Below, piece after piece: positions 37,750-49,452 of a stretch of 64,000 bases of DNA (the stretch's first letter is position 1; the number at the start of each line of letters is the position of its first letter). This stretch comes from Selaginella moellendorffii (lineage: Eukaryota > Plantae > Lycopodiophyta), in the NCBI RefSeq assembly GCF_000143415.4, contig NW_003314374.1, forward strand, positions 145,225 through 209,224, given 5' to 3'. A model generated the notes under the pieces. The model did no database searches, was not told the DNA's origin, and saw nothing but the letters and a program-made list of their open reading frames with translations. A program made the translations under genes and the position numbers.

Positions 37750-38305
37750 AGCGCGATTGAGCTGGAATCGATCCTGGTGATGAGAGAAGACGCCGCCTCC
37801 TAATCTAGCATTAGCCCAGCTCCATCCACCGATCGACCGAAAGGAGCCCCCTTAGGTAAGGGGAGAGAAAGCACACAAACAATATCGTCCTTCTGACAAG
37901 GAATGAAAAAAATTATAGGAATGCGCTACATGGTTGGAAATCATGCCACGTGGCAACACGTAACCTAAACTCTATAAGTTCTAATATAAAAAATATAACT
38001 AAAAGTTAAGCATAGAATATTCTTACATAGCTCACACATATGGTTAAGTTATAAGGCAATAAAAAAGTTCTTAGATGAAGTAATGAAGGTTTCACACCAC
38101 ACTATAGTGAATAACAATCTTTTTGGCCATTGGCATTTTGATTGTTCTAAAAACAGTTTTCATGATTTATTTAATTATTAGTTTTAATCTATAAGAGGTA
38201 TAAGTTTATATTATTATAGCATTAAGGTTAATGTCTCTATCAAAGAGTAATACAATCTTAAAATAATAAAACTCTTAAAAAATATTTAATATTATTGCAT
38301 TTATT

Positions 38306-38806
38306 TTATTTTGGAACATGTTTGTTTGATGGTATTATAAACAGCAATATATCCATTATCCTCAACACATGCCATTTATTGATCCAGTAAATATTATATG
38401 ACCATATCACATTAAAATGTTTATCATACATTACAAGATTTTCATCATTTTGGATCCTTAAAAAACACATATCTTCTAAATTATCAGTATTAGTAGTCCA
38501 AACAACAGTTTTACCACTATATAGAACTAAATTACAATCTAATTGCATATGCAAAGAATAATTTCTATTAGGAGATTGAAAAAATTCACCACTATATAGA
38601 TTTGAAAATCTTGAACAATCTTTTAAACTTCTAATGCATGTGTACTTCCAAATGCAATCAACTTTGGTTTGAATTTCATCAATTATAAATCTGTTTATTG
38701 ACTGCTTTAATATTAATATCAATCTTTTCATTAGTGTTTTCAACTGTATATTAAATGCTATACCTGCCACAAATTTTTTTAAAAAAATCACGTTGTATAA
38801 TCTAAC
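38306..38806 (-). pseudogene. Bulb-type (GNA-like) mannose-binding lectin domain gene, interrupted on its 5' side by an LTR element
   Basis: QxDxNxVxY motifs MQLDCNLVLY and IQNDENLVMY, VVWTTNT. Very AT-rich; the third subdomain appears degenerate. Confidence 0.7.
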
Positions 38807-39137
38807 TGTGAGGGCCAAGTGTACGGCTACGATGCCGTATACTAATATTAGCGTAGTGGATTTTGGTAGCCGTCAGATTGGTTTCAATCCAGACCACTCG
38901 CTCCTGTATATAAACTAGGGTTTTTGGGTTAATTGATATGCACACATTTCTGTATTCCCTTTCCATATTCCATGCACACACATTGGTGGAGATGAGGGGC
39001 ACCTTTGATTGTCCCTGGGGAGTGCTTGGATTTGGGATTTTGGTTTAGATCTAGCTTTTTGCATTGTCTAGATCTACCATTTCTTTCCAGCTTTTTGTCA
39101 TTTCTCTTCTTTTGCTCTTTCTTTCTCATTCATTTTC

Positions 39138-40070
39138 ATGGCCGATCCGCAATCTCCTCCTTTGACTCTAGAGCAGCAGTTGGTTCAATTGCTTGATGCT
39201 ATGCGCCTGCAATTGAACAACCAAACTCAGTTGATGGCGGCGTTCACGGCACATGGTACAACTCCTCTTGCTTTTGGTGCCAATCCTCGCGTTCGGCCGG
39301 AGTTCTTTCTTGGGAATCCTGGGGATGATGTGTACTATTGGTTCGATCACTTCACGGTGATTGCCACATATCATTCTTGGGATGATGCTCGACGTTTGCG
39401 TGAGTTCCCCACATGTCTTCAAGGGACGGCATTGCAGTGGTACAATGGATTGAGCGCAGCTACTCGTGGCGATTGGAGTGTTCTTCCGGACGTCTTCAAA
39501 CGCGCCTTTGGACACGCCGACGATTGTGATGATGCCTTCCAACAATTGCATCGTCTTCGCCAAGGGCCATCTGAGTCGGTGATGCAATTTGGCGTTCGTT
39601 TCCGAAGTCTTTTGCTTCGTGCGGAGCCAAATATGTCGGAGCGGATCAAGCTAGGAATGCTGTGGCCAGCACTTCGTCAAGATCTTGTCGGACTTGTGCA
39701 TGCACTTGCTCCTGCCACTCTTGACGATGCTCTTCGCTTGGCACAACGTTATGAGACGTCGCCTCTTCCACTTCTTGCTACACGTCCTTCAGCTCCACTT
39801 CCTATGAGTGATGGTCCTGTTCCCATGGAGGTTGATGCTACTGCTACTTGAGTCCAAGGACAAGGGCGAGGACGTGGTCGTGGCCGTGACATTCGTTGCT
39901 AGGCGTGTGATGAAGTTGGTCATACTTATCGGCGTTGTCGGCGCTTTCCGGATTGGCGACCTCCATTTCCTGGGTGGAGACCTTGGCGTCAGCAACGTCC
40001 CGTTGGTGCTGCTGCAGTGGAAGGTTTGGATACCGAGGTGCATTCGGGAAACGAGGAGTCGCGCGAGTAA
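39138..40070 (+). CDS. gag: Retrotransposon gag (in-frame stops at 39849 and 39900)
   Basis: Capsid motifs LQGTALQWY, LRQGPSESV.QF. The frame continues through an RG-rich tract and knuckle C*ACDEVGHTYRRC to TAA at 40068. Confidence 0.85.
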
Positions 40071-43000
40071 TGGAGGGACCTTGCGCGAATAAGTTAGTGA
40101 CCCCTCCATCTTTCTTTCGGGAGTATCATCAAGGGGTTCACTCGGCACCGGTTCATCCAGTGTTTACTTTCCAAGCTCGTTTTTATAACAAGAGGTCTCC
40201 TATTCTTCTCTCCGTGTTGGTTGATACAGGTTCGAGTTTATCTTCTATTGCTCGACCTGTTGCCACACGTTGTCGTCTACACTTGCGTCGTGCGGCGGAT
40301 CCAGTTTTCATTCTTTATGGCAACGGCCGTACACATGCATGTGCACGAGATGAGGCGGACCTGGTTGTGCGTGTGGGCGATCTCGAGCTTGAGTTGCAGT
40401 CGTTGCGGGTGGTGCCGAGTCAAGCTTTTGACCTCATTTTTAGTATGGATTGGTTGCAGCACAATCATGCCAAGTGTGACTTTGAGGCTTTTCCCCCTTG
40501 TCTCATACTTCCTTATGTTTCATCCATTCCTCTCACTTCCGTACCTCTTCGTCCCTCTACTTCTACCTCTGCTTCCATTACTTTTGTTCCCCAATTATTT
40601 CCTCTTGTGTTTCCATCTTGTTCTGCTCTTCCCTTTTCCGATCCCTCCGATGATCTTTGTGTTGCAGCTGTTGACCAGCTCATGAAGGAGTATTCTGATC
40701 TCTTTGAATTTGACCTATCGTCTGGGGCCAAGATTGCCACACGTCATCCCATTCCAACCGGGGATGCTCGTCCAATCAAGGTTCCTGTTCGTTGTCGGTC
40801 ACCCAAGGAGATCAAGATTTTACGTGCAAACGTCAAGGAGATGTTGGAGAAGGGTGTTATTCGGAAGTCGCGGAGTCCTTGGGCATGTGAACCTCATCTT
40901 GTGACGAAGCCTGATGGGAGTATTCGTTTCTGCATCGACTATCGTCCGTTAAATGAAGTGACGATCCCGGACGTGTACCCTCTTCCTCACACTGCTGATC
41001 TCTTGGATCGTCTGGGGCGAAGTCGTTGGTTCACCAAGCTAGATCTTGCTTCTGGGTATTGGCAAGTACCGATGGCTGAAGACGATATTCCTAAGACTGC
41101 TTTTCGTACACCATTTGGTTTGTACGAGTTTTTGGTGATGCCATTTGGTTTGAACAATGCTCCAGCAACTTTTCAGCAAATGATGGACGAGGTTCTTTGC
41201 GATATGCCGGAGGTGACGGCTGACTTCATTGATGATGTCTTGATCCAGTCGGAGGGGACGTGGGAGGAGCATGTTTGTGATGTTTGTAAAGTGTTGGATC
41301 GGCTACGCGACGTTGGTTTAAAGCTAAAGCGGTCGAAGTGCGTGTTTGGGTCCAAGGACACAACTTATCTTGGGTACCGTATTTCTCGTGAGGGTTTGCA
41401 AGTTGATCCTGACAAACTTGTGGCTGTTCTAAAGTTCCCTACTCCGAAGTGTGTGAATGATGTGCAGCGCTTTTTGGGTAAGGTGCAGTATCTCGGTCGT
41501 TTTGTGGATCATCTTTCCGATCGCACTTTACCATTGCGAGCATTGCTGAAGTCATCAACGTCATCTTTCATCTGGTCTCCCGATTGTGAGCGGGCGTTCG
41601 TGAATCTCAAAGAGCTATTGACGACTCCTCCGGTTTTGGCATATCTTGACTACACTCGACCTTTTATTTTGCGCGTGGATGCTTCTGACATTGGTCTTGG
41701 AGGTGTGTTGATGCAAGAGAGCTCGAGTGTGCCTGGTCAGCGCCATCCCATTGCATACATAAGCCGTACATTACAACCAGCGGAGATGAACTACTCCACG
41801 ACGGAGAAGGAGTGTTTAGCAGCAGTCTGGGGTTTCGAGAAACTTCATGCCTATCTACATGGTTCTCGGACGTTACTTGAAGGTGACCATGCTGCTGTTA
41901 CTTCATTATTGAAGCGGAAGAACCTGGTTGGTCGTACGGCTCGATGGGCTTTGAAGCTTCAGATATATGATTTTAATGTTGTTCATCGCCCAGGGAGTTC
42001 TATGGCTGATGCTGATGCCCTTTCTCAAGCTCCTCTTCCTTCTCCACTCACTTCTCATGTTTCTGACGAACCTGTTGTTCCAGCATCTGTGGATTTTCTA
42101 GATGAGGATTCTGTGCCGTCGGCGGTTGCTGTCCTTGACGTTCAGTGTCCACAGGGCGTAGAGCAAGATCTACCTTCTCTGGATGAGGTTCGCGAGGCTC
42201 AAAAGATTGAGCCGTGGATTCGAAGGCTTCGAGATGGGTTTGAGAATCCTGCATCACTTGCTGATGACTTGCCTTTTCGGCATTTACATTCTCAATATCG
42301 CCTTGAAGATGGCCTTCTTTATTTTGTGGGGACGGATCCTGATGCTCATTTACGGCTGGTGGTGCCTTCGGTGTTTATTCCGCGGTTTCTCCATGCCTAC
42401 CATGATTCTCCTATTCTAGGTGGGCATATGGGACACCGTCGTGTCACCGAGAAGTTGCGCAGATCTTTCTATTGGCCAGAGATGCGACGTGATATTATCC
42501 GGTATGTGCGTAGCTGCGTTTGGTGCCAAGCTCGTAATACTCCCCCTTGTGCTGCGGAAGGACGGTTGGAGTCAATTGCAGTTTCTCGTCCGTTTGAGTT
42601 GGTGGCGTTTGATCTTATGGGACCTTTTCCGCGATCGACTGCTGGCAATGAGTATGTTATTATTGCTTCTGAGTACTTGACTCGTTGGGTGGAAGTTGGT
42701 GCTCTTGCTAGTGCCTCTACAACTGCTGTTGGATACTTCCTCCTCAATCGAGTGGTGTTCCAGCATTCTTGTCCAGAACGGATTCTTTCGGATAATGGTC
42801 CTGCATTTATGGCTGAGGTATTTCATGTTTTGACATCTCGGTTGGGGATACGCCACACTTTTACGAGTGCTTATCATCCACAATCAGACGGTCTGGTGGA
42901 ACGACTCGTTCGGACATTCAAAGGGATGATTGCGAAGTATGTGAACTTTCAACATTCGGATTGGGATGGTTATTTGCCGTCTCTTCGGTATGCTTATGTC

Positions 43001-43534
43001 ACAGGGGTGCAGAGTTCTGTTGGTGCTTCACCATATAAACTTCTATATGGTCATGATCCAATATTACTAACAGAGCTAGGTTTACCTTCGCGATTGCCAC
43101 GAGCTCCTGATGCTAGGTCATGGGATCAATATTTGACAAGCATTCTTCCACTTGTCCGAGCAGAGTCTGCTGAACACTTAGGCCGCGTACAAGTGGGACA
43201 ACAACAGCACTACAATTCCCATCATCGTCCACCAGCGGAGTACAAAGTGGATGATTTGGTGTTAGTCCGTTTTCCCCATCTTACGGTACGTGGTTTATCT
43301 AAGGGGCTCCTTGCGCAGTGGAAAGGACCGTATCAGGTGTTGCGGCAAGTTGGACCACAAGTTTATGAGGTTCGGCATGACGTTCAGCAGGCCGATCCTC
43401 CGGAGATTGTGCATGTGCAGCGGTTAAAACGCTTCATACAGAGGGATCAGGAGCAGTTAATACCGTCTACAGATCCACCGATGCCTCCTCCTGACGTTCC
43501 TCCAGATCCCGGCCCATCTACAAGAGAACCTTGA
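40046..43534 (+). CDS. pol: Retrotransposon pol (PR-RT-RH-IN), open frame entered by -1 frameshift
   Basis: VDTGSS, FCIDYRPLN, LDLASGYWQ, FIDD, VDASDIGLGGVL, HHCC, SDNG, GLVER, KGPY. No chromodomain. Confidence 0.95.
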   Translation, partial: GKRGVARVMEGPCANKLVTPPSFFREYHQGVHSAPVHPVFTFQARFYNKRSPILLSVLVDTGSSLSSIARPVATRCRLHLRRAADPVFILYGNGRTHACARDEADLVVRVGDLELELQSLRVVPSQAFDLIFSMDWLQHNHAKCDFEAFPPCLILPYVSSIPLTSVPLRPSTSTSASITFVPQLFPLVFPSCSALPFSDPSDDLCVAAVDQLMKEYSDLFEFDLSSGAKIATRHPIPTGDARPIKVPVRCRSPKEIKILRANVKEMLEKGVIRKSRSPWACEPHLVTKPDGSIRFCIDYRPLNEVTIPDVYPLPHTADLLDRLGRSRWFTKLDLASGYWQVPMAEDDIPKTAFRTPFGLYEFLVMPFGLNNAPATFQQMMDEVLCDMPEVTADFIDDVLIQSEGTWEEHVCDVCKVLDRLRDVGLKLKRSKCVFGSKDTTYLGYRISREGLQVDPDKLVAVLKFPTPKCVNDVQRFLGKVQYLGRFVDHLSDRTLPLRALLKSSTSSFIWSPDCERAFVNLKELLTTPPVLAYLDYTRPFILRVDASDIGLGGVLMQESSSVPGQRHPIAYISRTLQPAEMNYSTTEKECLAAVWGFEKLHAYLHGSRTLLEGDHAAVTSLLKRKNLVGRTARWALKLQIYDFNVVHRPGSSMADADALSQAPLPSPLTSHVSDEPVVPASVDFLDEDSVPSAVAVLDVQCPQGVEQDLPSLDEVREAQKIEPWIRRLRDGFENPASLADDLPFRHLHSQYRLEDGLLYFVGTDPDAHLRLVVPSVFIPRFLHAYHDSPILGGHMGHRRVTEKLRRSFYWPEMRRDIIRYVRSCVWCQARNTPPCAAEGRLESIAVSRPFELVAFDLMGPFPRSTAGNEYVIIASEYLTRWVEVGALASASTTAVGYFLLNRVVFQHSCPERILSDNGPAFMAEVFHVLTSRLGIRHTFTSAYHPQSDGLVERLVRTFKGMIAKYVNFQHSDWDGYLPSLRYAYVTGVQSSVGASPYKLLYGHDPILLTELGLPSRLPRAPDARSWDQYLTSILPLVRAESAEHLGRVQVGQQQHYNSHHRPPAEYKVDDLVLVRFPHLTVRGLSKGLLAQWKGPYQVLRQVGPQVYEVRHDVQQADPPEIVHVQRLKRFIQRDQEQLIPSTDPPMPPPDVPPDPGPSTREP

Positions 43535-43968
43535 TGGCCTTCCATTATTCCGAGAGGAGGGGATGATGTGAGGGCCAAGTGTACGGCTACGATGCCGTAT
43601 ACTAATATTAGCGTAGTGGATTTTGGTAGCCGTCGGATTGGTTTCAATCCGGACCACTCGCTCCTGTATATAAACTAGGGTTTTTGGGTTAATTGATATG
43701 CACATTTCTGTATTCCCTTTCTATATTCCATGCACTCACATAACAAAAAAAAAAGCACAAACAGATCACATTTTGTAATCACAAATTAAATGTTTTGTTT
43801 TGATTTAACATTTCAAAATCATTGTATAATCTCCCGTAACATCCTAAATAGTATTAATCTTATAGATCTACCAGGATATATGACACCAAAGCTGGGAAGA
43901 ACGAAGAAACAGATTTACGTCCCAAGGCCGGGGAGAGATCAGCCATTAACTTCGTCCCCGGAGTGAGG

Positions 43969-44713
43969 GTGATGCGGTCTTATGCCTGCATAAGATTTCC
44001 CGTTTAGCTTTTGGTGGTTTGACCACAAACACACGAGCTTACCTCCGGGCAGGCGCAGACAGGATCACAGAGTTTTTCACGTCTTCCTCACTGCAAATCT
44101 CCACTTATAAAAATAGTGAAGAAAGCAGATTGGACAGTTCCTGTGCCGCTCTGTGAACCTTCGACCTCTTCTTAAAATAAGTACTCACCTCTTGCAAGAT
44201 GTTCGTATGTTTTTCCTATGGCTCGATGTTGAAGCTGGGTATGAATGCGCAGCCAAGTGCAGTGTCCGTGTCCGCACTCGCATAGCAAGTTGACGAGTGC
44301 CAAGTTGAGTCCTCGAGGTTGTACGCATATGGAGCATACGCGTACAGAGTCTCGTAGCAATCCGAGAAAACTATTGTGCTCCCAACAAGCAGTGCCTGGA
44401 TATGGAAGTGTTCTCTCGACGGCTTCTTGCCATACAGCTCTTTGTACCGTCTGCTTGACAAAACCTTCCACTCTCCTGCCACAGTGTCCAGCTCCCAGAC
44501 CACCACGCTGCTAAACGAGTGCGTCACCATGAAACTCCTGTCTTTCCACCTCAAGACTCCACATAAGGAAGTGGCCTCACGGCCATACTCCTGGTAGACG
44601 TAACCATTGTGGGGAACTGGATCACGATCATCAACGAAGTGCTTATGGCAAGACCAGGCCATGGAATCTGGATCGTAGGCCATGAGAAAGTATGGCTGGT
44701 ACTCGAGGCCCAT
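43969..44713 (-). pseudogene. Inverted partial copy (3' half + downstream flank) of the F-box gene at 54662
   Basis: The 165-aa ORF is largely identical to the C-terminus of the 374-aa F-box protein but lacks the F-box motif. Confidence 0.9.
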
Positions 44714-44764
44714 GGTATGCTTGTTCGGTATAAAACGCGCGTTTCATCAGGCTTTGTCGCTGAG

Positions 44765-45066
44765 GCCCTCATCAGCGAAACCACACAGCTTGTCCAGTGA
44801 TGTCAAAAGACGTAGAAATTGCCGAAGCGGATCCGTTTCGCGTTCAATACCAGCCTCAGTAACTTCAGCTGCAATTAAACTGCAAATATAACCCGCACCT
44901 GAGCAGCATTGTTTTCTATAACTATTCGAGCATCCTTGGATGAACGCCCTGAAATCTAGAGACACGAGCGAGCACACGTAAAACCAGCATCAAAAAGTAA
45001 ACGGCTTACTGTTGTCCCTGAAGGGGCTTGTCGGCATCCGTAAACCGTTCAGCTGAAACTTTACAA
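44765..45066 (-). pseudogene. Deletion-riddled Fd-GOGAT fragment with intron sequence
   Basis: Patchwise match to 35050-35700 in the same orientation as the parent gene. Confidence 0.85.
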
Positions 45067-45119
45067 ACAGAATGCACAAAGACGCAGATATCTAAAGACG
45101 AAAAGAACCGAGATATTCA

Positions 45120-46196
45120 TTTCTGAGACGTAAAATGGTCGTACGACATAAGACCGGGAAGTTTAGCCAGAACACAAGGCTCCACGAGAAGCATTCCTGG
45201 GAAAAGAAAATAACATTTTTTCTCTGACGGAATGTGATGAGCCATACCTGGATCAACGAACTTCTTCCGTGAAAGCCTCTGCTTATTTTTATTTCTAGTC
45301 AATCGCCGACCTGTTCAAAATGGTAGAGCAGTGATTATAAAGAGAATACGATTGAAACGAAACGTACATTTTTATTCTGCACTGTAGTACTCAGAGGTAG
45401 CGTTTTCCGCTTCCTCCTCTTCCCTCTTCTTCTTCCAGTTCCAGTTCTGGTTTCTCTTCCTCTTCCACTTCCACTCCCACAATGCGCATCACGCTTTCCT
45501 TCAAAGCCGTTCTTGCTTCCTCATTCTCTGGGAGGAGTGCCATTGCTTTCTTGATCAGCTTCAAGTACAGCTAAAAGGTAAAAGAAGTTAACAAAACGAA
45601 AACAAAGTTAAGAAAGATGGAAAACATACCTCAACACCATTTTCTTCCTCCAAATGCACATTTCGCTGCAGCCGTACATCGTATGCACTGAGATATCCCA
45701 GGCTCGCCAAAATTCACTCGCTCAGTGGAGCTGGGATGTCCTTAGACGTCTCAACGTGAAATTCCAGTAGCCGCAAGGCACAGGTCGAGATGTCAACTCC
45801 CCGGTGTGATTTTCTCTCCATCCTACACGCATTTCTTGTGTGTGAGAGAGAACACAAGGATAACACTCACTGAACCGCAAATCTGAGAAGATCTTCTCTC
45901 ACTTCCTTCGGCGTGAGTCGAGCTGTGAAATCCCGAAAACGTGTGTTACCAAAGGTAAAATCTACTAGATTGATTGAGTGCGGCAGTGCGGATCCTTGTC
46001 CATTCTCTGGCTCAGATTCTGGTGCAGGCAGGCCAGGCGTAGCAAGATCACTGCGCGGAGCTGCAAAATCCCGAGAATGTCGCAAGGGCGTATATCTGAT
46101 TGGAGTACCTGGAGCAGATCGGTCGAGCGCAGCAAGATCTTTCGGCGGCAGCGCAGCAGATCCCGGCGGGCCGCTCGATTTTCCCCGCCGCGCCAT
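45120..46196 (-). pseudogene. Decayed paralog of the uncharacterised gene at 49453-51136
   Basis: EVREDLLRFAVQ|MERKSHRGVDISTCALRLL..HLEEE..|LYLKLIKKAM..SEYYSAE with the same intron positions. TGA at 45714-45716 and a frameshift in the poly-E tract. Confidence 0.7.
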
Positions 46197-46494
46197 CTCT
46201 CCCCGCCCGACCGAAACTTACGACTATCATTTTAGGGCTTCCTCCATGGCAATCTTCGCGATCACGCTTTCTAATTAAGAAGGGCGCTGTAGAGAAGTGA
46301 CGTTGCCTTGCCCGATGAGTCCAACTGTGAGTGTTTTTAGCTATCTGTGAAGTCTTCAATCGTGAAGGTATCGAGATTTTGGGTTCCAGTTCACGTTTCA
46401 GTTTTGCGAGAGTAGGCCTTTACATCAACTTTTTTTTATTTTCACAGTCGGAGGTAAGCTGAAAACGTTTATCTTAAAACTGGAGCTGCTGAAG

Positions 46495-46645
46495 TCCGCT
46501 ATCTCAGCTAGCTTTTAATGAGGAGCGAGAGGCTTTGTCCATCGATAGGTTCCTGATTTCTCTCACTTTTTATGAGCATGGGATGGACCTGCATTTTCAG
46601 GTGTCAAGTTAATTTTGAAACTTCTTTGGTATGTGAGGTAATAGG
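46495..46645 (+). pseudogene. Small remnant of an inverted Fd-GOGAT copy
   Basis: TATCTCAGC..TTTTAATGAGGAGCG and GCATGGGATGGACCTGCATT match rc of 36150-36380. Confidence 0.55.
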
Positions 46646-46920
46646 TTCCATCCTGCTCGATATCTTTTGAAGTCTAGAAAAACATTATCAGTGCTAATGT
46701 CAAGGATCTGCTGCTTGTTGAGTCTTATGGGACACTATTGTAATGGAGGAAAAACATTTGGAAATCTTTATCTATGATATCATCGCAAGTATCACTGCCC
46801 TCAAGCATGGATATTAGTATGGGCTTTAGAAAACGGTTCACTAACTTCGTTTTGGATTAAGGTAACGTGGTTAGTTAGTAATAGAGACAATTGCTCACAA
46901 GTAGTTCACAATTACAGTGC

Positions 46921-48572
46921 TGCCAAAGAAGATTTATAGAGAACCAATCAAGTAATATATGTACTTTACCATTATAATTACACTGGAAAACAAATAGTTA
47001 AAATGTTTTTGAGAGACTGTGCGCAAGTAGAGCCTGCACCCATGCAATAGCATATATATCGATTGAGCATTTTGGATAGCAATAGCAAGCTCAAAATGCG
47101 TTTAAAATCTAGCTCGTGGGCTGAAAAATGCGCGTCCACAAGTTAACATGTAAAAAAAATGACATGGTGCAAAAAATTGCATATGTGACATGGTGTTAAT
47201 CTGGATTTTGCCATGTATATATGGAGATCACCAATACATTCCCATGCATAAGGAAATTAGTTATAGTTTTATAACTATATAACTTAGCTATGGAAATTAT
47301 AATTCCTTATAATGGTGAAATTATATAAGCATAGAATAAAGTTGAGGTGTGTAAGAAAATAATGAAGTTAAGGTGTATTTTATTTTCAGATGATTTCAAG
47401 TATGTAAAGAGTATTATATGATTTTGTTCTAATTATTATTCAGGTTTTATATTAGTTCTAAGTATCTAGTTCTATACAGAAAAAAATTTTAAAAATAGTT
47501 TGAATATTAACTATCCAGTTAAATAGATTGAGATAAAATCCAATAGTTACAGAAATTATTTATAATTTATATAGTGATTAGTGCTCAAATGTATATCACT
47601 AATAACTTAAGTAATAGAATAGAATATATGAGAATAATATATCAAGAATAAATATACTTTGAAAGAAATTAAAATTTTCTATGCTAAAAATATATGCTAC
47701 CCTTTTATTTGATCAAAGGTGGCTTTGTTTTTCAAAGCTAAGTCAAGTTTTTAGTCAAGTTTATCTTAGTTTTGTTTCTCTCTCCCTCTCTATTTTGTAA
47801 GATATCTGTATGCATTTACATCAGGTGGCTTGGCATATATAAGATACATTTTATTACTTTGTTTTCTTATATAATAATGTATTGTTCCTAGTAATTACTA
47901 GCTAATATTTTATCTGATATTTTTTGCCGTGATAAGTAAAATTACCTAAACAATGTTCGTGGGAGGTTCAATTAGATTAAGGTAGTAAGAAGTTGAGAGT
48001 GTTCCTGTCGAAAGACAGCGACACCGAAGTCTGCATGTAAGAGTAAGAGCAATGCCTGTAAGAGCAATCTGAGGTTGAAGAGAAGGAGGAAACGCAGAGG
48101 GCTACAGAGGTGAACGCAGGAAATGTGACTCACAGAATTTCCTTACTCGAGCTTGCACAATTCTCCCGAGAGCTCTTCCCTCCGCAGGAAATCGCCCACT
48201 CAGCGTTCCTTCGGCAGCAGCAGCCTCTCTAGCATCCACAAATCGCGGAAGAAACATATTTTTCTGCAATGGAATGTTGTAGACCTTGAGCGTCGGTTGA
48301 CAGAGGAGCCGACACTCCTCGGTGGATTACCTTCCTAGCTGGGATAATCTCTTGTGCGTCACAGCTCTGTTGCTACCAATCTGTGCAAGTCGTAGCTTGG
48401 CATGGTAAGAGCAGATCGGGCGTGATGCAATCTTATGCCTGCGTAAGTTTTCCCCTATAGATTTTGATGGTTTGTCCTCAACCACACGAGCTTACCTCGA
48501 GGATTGCAGAGTTTTTCACGTCTTCCTCACTGCAAATCTCCAGTCATAAATATAGTGAAGAAAGCACATTGG
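46921..48572 (-). repeat. Left arm of a ~1.6-kb inverted repeat (partner 55875-57562)
   Basis: Continuous reverse-complement similarity, e.g. 47041-47093 vs 57401-57453. Confidence 0.9.
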
Positions 48573-48585
48573 AAACATCAAAAGC

Positions 48586-48656
48586 TATCTGAGCTTTATT
48601 GCTAAGATTATCAAAAACAGCAAGTTTTTGATAATCTTAGCAATAAAGCTCAGATA
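48586..48656. repeat. Perfect hairpin: 33-bp stem, 5-nt loop
   Basis: TATCTGAGCTTTATTGCTAAGATTATCAAAAAC-agcaa-GTTTTTGATAATCTTAGCAATAAAGCTCAGATA. Confidence 0.98.
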
Positions 48657-49452
48657 CTAGCAAAGTGCCTGTATACACTTTGTGCAAGCTTTTCAGCCAA
48701 GAACAACACATGGACTGGGGCTTATACGAGTGATCGTAATCGTCCAGGCTATGGACCTTGGATGCCGCGGCCTATTCATGTGAGACAGTGTGACAAAGCC
48801 AGCGAGATGGAAGTAATCTCGTTTACACATGAAGCTTGCCAGTGTCCTCCGAAAGAGATTCCCACAAGTAAGGCTTTCCACCGAAATGCAGGTAAGAAAA
48901 CCATTGACAAGGATTCGTAATTTACCAAGGCAAGTTGAACGGCAGAGTGTATGGCTTTGCTTCGAGACAAGCAAGCGTTCGATACTGCCTCTGTGAACTT
49001 GGTCATGGTGGCCAAGTGTGATTTCATCTGCTCGCAGGATTGAGCTTACGTTCTTGTCACATGGATCGAAACTAGGAATGTTTACGTCGCATTGCTTTTG
49101 CGATGAGATTTCTAAGCCCAAAGCGCAAAAGTCTTTTCTAAAAGATTTGCATCGTCTCTAAGAGTTACTTGCATCGGATCCACTCCGGCTCAAGAGGTCA
49201 GCAGTAGTGCTGCTTAAGATCAAAATCCATGGCCATTACACGACGCAAGATCTTCCACCGTAGACTTTGCCTTCGTGCAACAAGCAGAAAATCTCCGCCG
49301 TTCCCTGCAACGAATCAGAATGTCTTGTGAATATTCCCGGTCTGGGCAATATCCCGCCCAGAGAGCAAGAGATAGGGCATTTAGTGTGAAGAAGGTAGCG
49401 AGAGTGATAGGGTTTTGTAGAGAGAGCGCTAGGCGGAGAAGCACCGCCGACT

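Larger units (their letters stand above)
38807..43740 (+). mobile_element. Young full-length non-chromovirus Ty3/gypsy element; LTRs 38807-38982 and 43567-43740
   Basis: TG..CA LTRs differing by ~4 substitutions and a 2-nt indel. TSD TAAC. PBS TGGTGGAGATGAGGGG at 38984. PPT GAGAGGAGGGGA before 43567. Confidence 0.97.

Noticed and set aside
48693-49121. 142-aa minus-strand ORF
   Set aside because: Non-ATG start and no recognisable motif; cannot be supported as a gene.
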